The notes beneath the pieces were generated by a model. That model was not told the DNA's origin and did not search any database. It was given only the letters and a program-made list of their open reading frames with translations. Both the position numbers and the translations under genes were made by a program. DNA of 64,000 nucleotides from Macrostomum hystrix (lineage: Eukaryota; Animalia; Platyhelminthes), in NCBI GenBank assembly GCA_950097015.1, contig CATNEN010000038.1, positions 35,154,001 through 35,218,000 on the forward strand, given 5' to 3'. Shown here one piece after another: positions 59,291-64,000 of this stretch (positions are counted from its first letter, which is position 1; each line of letters opens with the position of its first letter).

Positions 59291-59727
59291 CTCTTCATAG
59301 TGTTAAAAATGGGAAGAATAGGAATTGGGAATGTAATATGGGCAGACGTATAAGAACACTGGGACTTGATCTTCACATTCAAAAAGGGGATTTAAGAAAA
59401 CGGCACGGAAAAGAATCCCAGCATTTTTTCTATATTCTGTCTCCTAGAAGCCTCTTGTAAGAAAAAGATCGCTTGTAAAATCTCAGCAAACAAAGAGAAA
59501 GAGAGAAAGTGGAGGAATTCGCTCCAGCGATTCAGAAGCATTCGGTGCTTGCTTGCAACCTCTGTTTGCCTTTGAGCCGGTTAAGGCCTCACACGGGCCG
59601 AATGTCCGGCTTCTGCTCAGCGATGAATAGCCCAGTCACGGTGCCATCAGATTCACCTGATCCATATTGTAGGACACCAAATCCCCACGATAGAGGATCA
59701 GATGCGCTGCATGACCTGCAAACCTAT

Positions 59728-60205
59728 TTCTCCTCATCCTCATCTCCCCGTCACTCACCCTCTCTCCCCATCTCTCCCCATCTCTCCTCATCTCTCTCCA
59801 TCTCTCCCCATCTCTCCTTATCTCTCTTATCTCTCCTTATCTCTCCATCTCTCTCTATCTCTCTCCATCTCTCCCCATCTCTCCCCATCTCTCTCCATCT
59901 CTCCCCATCTCTCTCCATCTCTCCCCATCTCTCCCCATCTCTCCCCATCTCTCCCCATCTCTCTCCTTATCTCTCCATCTCTCTCCATCTCTCTCCATCT
60001 CTCCCCATCTCTCCCCATCTCTCTCCATCTCTCCCCATCTCTCTCCATCTCTCCCCATCTCTCTCCATCTCTCCCCATCTCTCCTTATCTCTCTTATCTC
60101 TCCTTATCTCTCCATTTCTCCCCATCTCTTCCCATCTCTTCCCATCTCTCTCCATCTCTCCCATCTCTCCCCATCGCTCCTTATCTTTCTTCATTTCTCC
60201 CAATT
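59728..60205. repeat. Pyrimidine-rich ~11-bp repeat (CCATCTCTCYC)
   Basis: Direct observation. Confidence 0.93.
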
Positions 60206-61001
60206 TCTTGCAACACCTCACACATGTAACCGGACCCAGTAGCAGTACAATTTCTGTATCTAAGTTTAAGTTTGCAAGTCTCAAATAGTTTGCAAATTGT
60301 CTGTGTCTTTGTATGACAAAAATAACTGCAGTCGATTTTTCTACTTGACCGTTCAAAGAAAAAAGACTTACTTTTTTATCTCAGACTTTTTCACTAGGTA
60401 TTTAATTTTCTCCCCATTCGTTTTTCCGCACAGTTAGATGTGCAAGCGTATCTTGTCAAGCTTGAATATTCATGTATAATGACGTCTTTGGCTGCTAATG
60501 ATCAGAAGCTTATTTACTATAGTTTACTTTAGCATCCACGCAGTCACAGCGGATACAATGGCCCTAAATTCCAGCATTTTGCTCTGACGATACTGAGGCC
60601 CGGGTGTCTGTCACTGGGCATCGTTAATCCTATTATTGAACTGGCGGGGGTGTTAGCACACGCGATTCATAATCATATTTTCTCTGACTGTGCTGTGATT
60701 CTTATCTGCTTGACTGAATGCAGAGCCTAATACAATTGGCACACTGATCCGTGCTCTGAGACTGCCCCGACTGATGAATGACTTGCATTCGGGATAGTGA
60801 TTTTGGCGCATGGATAGCTATACTGTGCGATGAACTACGAGACGTATTTTACTCGTACTTGCAACTGTCAAATGATATTGTTTGCACTTGAAGTTTCTCT
60901 GCTAGTTTTGTTCTTAAATTGATTAGATGATTTATGTTTTCTGATATCAGACAAAGGCAGATTATCATAGTAAAATATTTATATATAATATATAAATTTG
61001 G

Positions 61002-61300
61002 GAGTGAGTAGATAAGCGGATAACGCGTTTGCCTCTCGTACCAAGGTCCCTGAGTTCGATTCCGCGGCGAGGCCACATTCATTTGGGGTGCAACTGGCGC
61101 CTCTGAGGGCCAACCTCCAAGGCACAGTGAGAGTGTACACTGCCTGACGATGAGAAAGTCAGGGCAGACGTACACACCTGTGTGAGCGTGCGCGTGCGTA
61201 CGGTATCTGTGTGCGTGTGTGCTCAGGAGTCAGCGAAATGGGCAGAATTGCCTCCTCGCTGGCGGCGGGTCTATAGTGTCACAAAAATAATGTGCCAGTA
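61002..61300 (+). mobile_element. SINE family 1 copy with an internal deletion
   Basis: B-box GAGTTCGATTCC; body nearly identical to the 26432 copy. Confidence 0.9.
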
Positions 61301-61793
61301 CATTGACTGGAAAGCTCAACCAAACTGCAAGCACGCATTTGTCACTGACTATACATCATGAATCTATTTGATTTCTAGGCAATGGGACTTTGGTAGGCCC
61401 CAGGTGTTAGCTTTGCTTTGTAATCAGATATGTGTAGCTATAGAATTGACTTAACGTGCATCCGAAACTAGAGCACCGGTGACTCAGTGTCAGATTCCCC
61501 CCAGTGCTCCAAGCTAGGACTAGGACTCAACATTGAAAGGTAAGACCATGTCACTAGCTCTGATAGATCATTGCCGACATTGCGTATATGTTTTTTTCTT
61601 TCTATATTGAATCCGTGCCTAACAACAGCTGCTTAGCTTAACTAAACAAAGATCAACTGACTCAACTGGAGGAACAATAGACCAAAACTAACTTACAATT
61701 CTATTTTCTATTTTTGCCCATTGCGCATTCAACTCTGCCTGTTTGAGGTCGATCAGGCGTACTCTAACTACGAGTATATGAATATTCTAGCAC

Positions 61794-63045
61794 TAGGGGT
61801 TCAGGTAACTTTGCATACTATCAGGGTTGAAGAACTATCGGAGAGGCCGGATAGACAGAGTATAGATAAGGCACGAGAGAGATAAGACACGGGAGAGATG
61901 AGACACAGGAGATATGAGACACGGGATAGATGAGACACGGGAGATATGAGACACGGGAGAGATGAGACACGGGAGAGATGAGACACGGGAGAGATGAGAC
62001 ACGAGAGAGATGAGACGGAGAAATATGAGACAGGAGAAAGATGAGACAGGAGAGAGATAAGACTGGAGAAAGATGAGACACGTGAGAGATGAGATACGGG
62101 AGAGATGAGATACAGGAGAGATGAGACACGGGAGAGACGAGACACGGGAGAGATGAGACACGGGAGAGATGAGACACGGGAGAGATGAGACACGAGAGAG
62201 ATGAGACGGAGAAATATGAGACAGGAGAAAGATGAGACAGGAGAGAGATAAGACTGGAGAAAGATGAGACACGTGAGAGATGAGATACGGGAGAGATGAG
62301 ATACAGGAGAGATGAGACACGGGAGAGACGAGACACGGGAGAGATGAGACACGGGAGAGATGAGACACGGGAGAGATGAGACACGGGAGAGATGAGATAC
62401 GGGATAGATGAGACACGGGAGAGATGAGACACAGGAGATATGAGACACGGGATAGATGAGACACGGGAGATATGAGACACGGGAGAGATGAGACACGGGA
62501 GAGATTAGATACGGGAGAGATGAGACACGGCAGAGATGAGACACGGGAGAGATGAGACACGGGAGAGATGAGATACGGGAGAGATGAGACACGGGAGAGA
62601 GGAGGCACGGGAGAGAGGAGGCACGGGAGAGATGAGACACGGGAGAGATGAGACACGGGAGAGATGAGACACGGGAGAGATGAGACACGGGAGAGATGAG
62701 ACACGGGAGAGAGGAGGCACGGGAGAGATGAGACACGGGATAGATGAGACACGGGAGATATGAGACACGGGAGAGATGAGACACGGGAGAGATTAGATAC
62801 GGGAGAGATGAGACACGGGAGAGATGAGACACGGGAGAGATGAGACACGGGAGAGATGAGATACGGGAGAGATGAGACACGGGAGAGAGGAGGCACGGGA
62901 GAGAGGAGGCACGGGAGAGATGAGACACGGGAGAGATGAGACACGGGAGAGATGAGACACGGGAGAGATGAGACACGGGAGAGATGAGACACGGGAGAGA
63001 GGAGGCACGGGAGAGATGAGACGGGGAAGATATGAGATGTAGACA
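61794..63045 (-). repeat. Long 16-bp array (GAGATGAGACACGGGA), probably inside a decayed MITE copy
   Basis: About 73 units; the left flank TAGGGGTTCAGGTAACTT...GGCCGGATAGACAGAGTATAGATA loosely resembles the reverse complement of the MITE right end. Confidence 0.85.
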
Positions 63046-63512
63046 AATGTTACTTTATCACAAAATTAAAGGTGATATTTCTAATTGTGAGCAGAAAATA
63101 GCCGAAATTCCCCTTCGGCCCGTAGAGTTAAAAAACGAAGCTAGTATGCTGAGAAGTATAACGCATAATTTAATCCATCGCCAGTAATGCCCCTATATTT
63201 CCTTTGTCTCTGGCCTTCCAAAAGTGCAAAGCTTCTAGTTTCACATTTACTAAGCATATTTGTCTGTATCTGAGTTGTGCTAAGAAGCATGCCGATAGCA
63301 ACTAAAAGCAGATACCTACCTGTTGTACTGAGTTGAATAGTTGTTGAAAGCAATTTACCTATTCTTATTTCGGTCGTTGGGTAAAAACATAGATAAAGTT
63401 GATGAGAAAGAGTCGCTAGTATACTGGATAACTATGAAATATATAGTATAAAATCGGTTTTTCCGAGGAATATACTCAAAACAAAACGAAGGAATAAATT
63501 CTAAAATGTTAA

Positions 63513-64000
63513 AGGAATAGATTCAGGAATATGACAGAAATAGATTCTGGAATATGAGAGGAATAGATTCAGGAATATGAGAGGAATAGATTCTGGAATA
63601 TGAGAGGAATAGATTCTGGAATATGAGAGGAATAGATTCTGGAATATGAGAGGAATAGATTCTGGAATATGAGAGAAATAGATTCTGGAATATGAGAGGA
63701 ATAGATTCTGGAATATGAGAGGAATAGATTCTGGAATGTGAGTGAGGAATAGATTCTGGAATATGAGTGAGGAATAGATTCTGGAATATGAGAGGAATAG
63801 ATTCTGGAATATGAGAGGAATAGATTCTGGAATATGAGAGGAATAGATTCTGGAATGTGAGTGAGGAATAGATTCTGGAATATGAGAGGAATAGATTCTG
63901 GAATATGAGAGGAATAGATTCAGGAATATGAGAGGAATAGATTCTGGAATATGAGAGGAATAGATTCTGGAATGTGAGTGAGGAATAGATTCTGGAATAT
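63513..64000. repeat. 23-bp minisatellite (GAGGAATAGATTCTGGAATATGA), runs off the window
   Basis: Period 23 (63541 and 63564), with 27-bp variants. Confidence 0.95.

Noticed and set aside
61143-61260. Hammerhead ribozyme in the SINE (CTGACGA...GAAA)
   Set aside because: No valid stem II between the core boxes, stems I and III do not pair, and CTGAC is sequestered in the CCTGAC/GTCAGG hairpin.

Overview
Eukaryotic (metazoan) genomic DNA, gene-dense and packed with minisatellites. The repeat landscape and gene style suggest a flatworm such as Macrostomum (inference only). I built spliced models by hand for eight genes: (1) a rhodopsin-class peptide-receptor-like GPCR (+, 2 exons); (2) a GH35 beta-galactosidase-like type II membrane protein (-, 10 exons); (3) a GABA-B-like class C GPCR (+, 14 exons); (4) a SUN-domain gene nested antisense in intron 2 of that receptor; (5) TFAP4/AP-4 bHLH (-); (6) HMGB (+); (7) a single-exon secreted Kazal protein (+); (8) the first coding exon of an mGluR (+). 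Mobile DNA: five copies of a structured tRNA-derived SINE, CORE-SINE remnants, and a hAT (Buster/Charlie-type) MITE with an 8-bp TSD that carries a minisatellite. Most interesting: (a) an 87-bp structured island with HDV-ribozyme-like motif order, related to the SINE tail and also bracketed as an in-frame 48-nt exon; (b) one 19-bp minisatellite in inverted orientation on both sides of a symmetric exon; (c) nearly every long intron carries its own minisatellite, several built from splice-signal motifs; (d) a GH35 enzyme with both catalytic glutamates but a remodelled sugar pocket; (e) a strongly CpG-depleted, decayed coding-like block. Repeat boundaries are approximate and no database searches were run.
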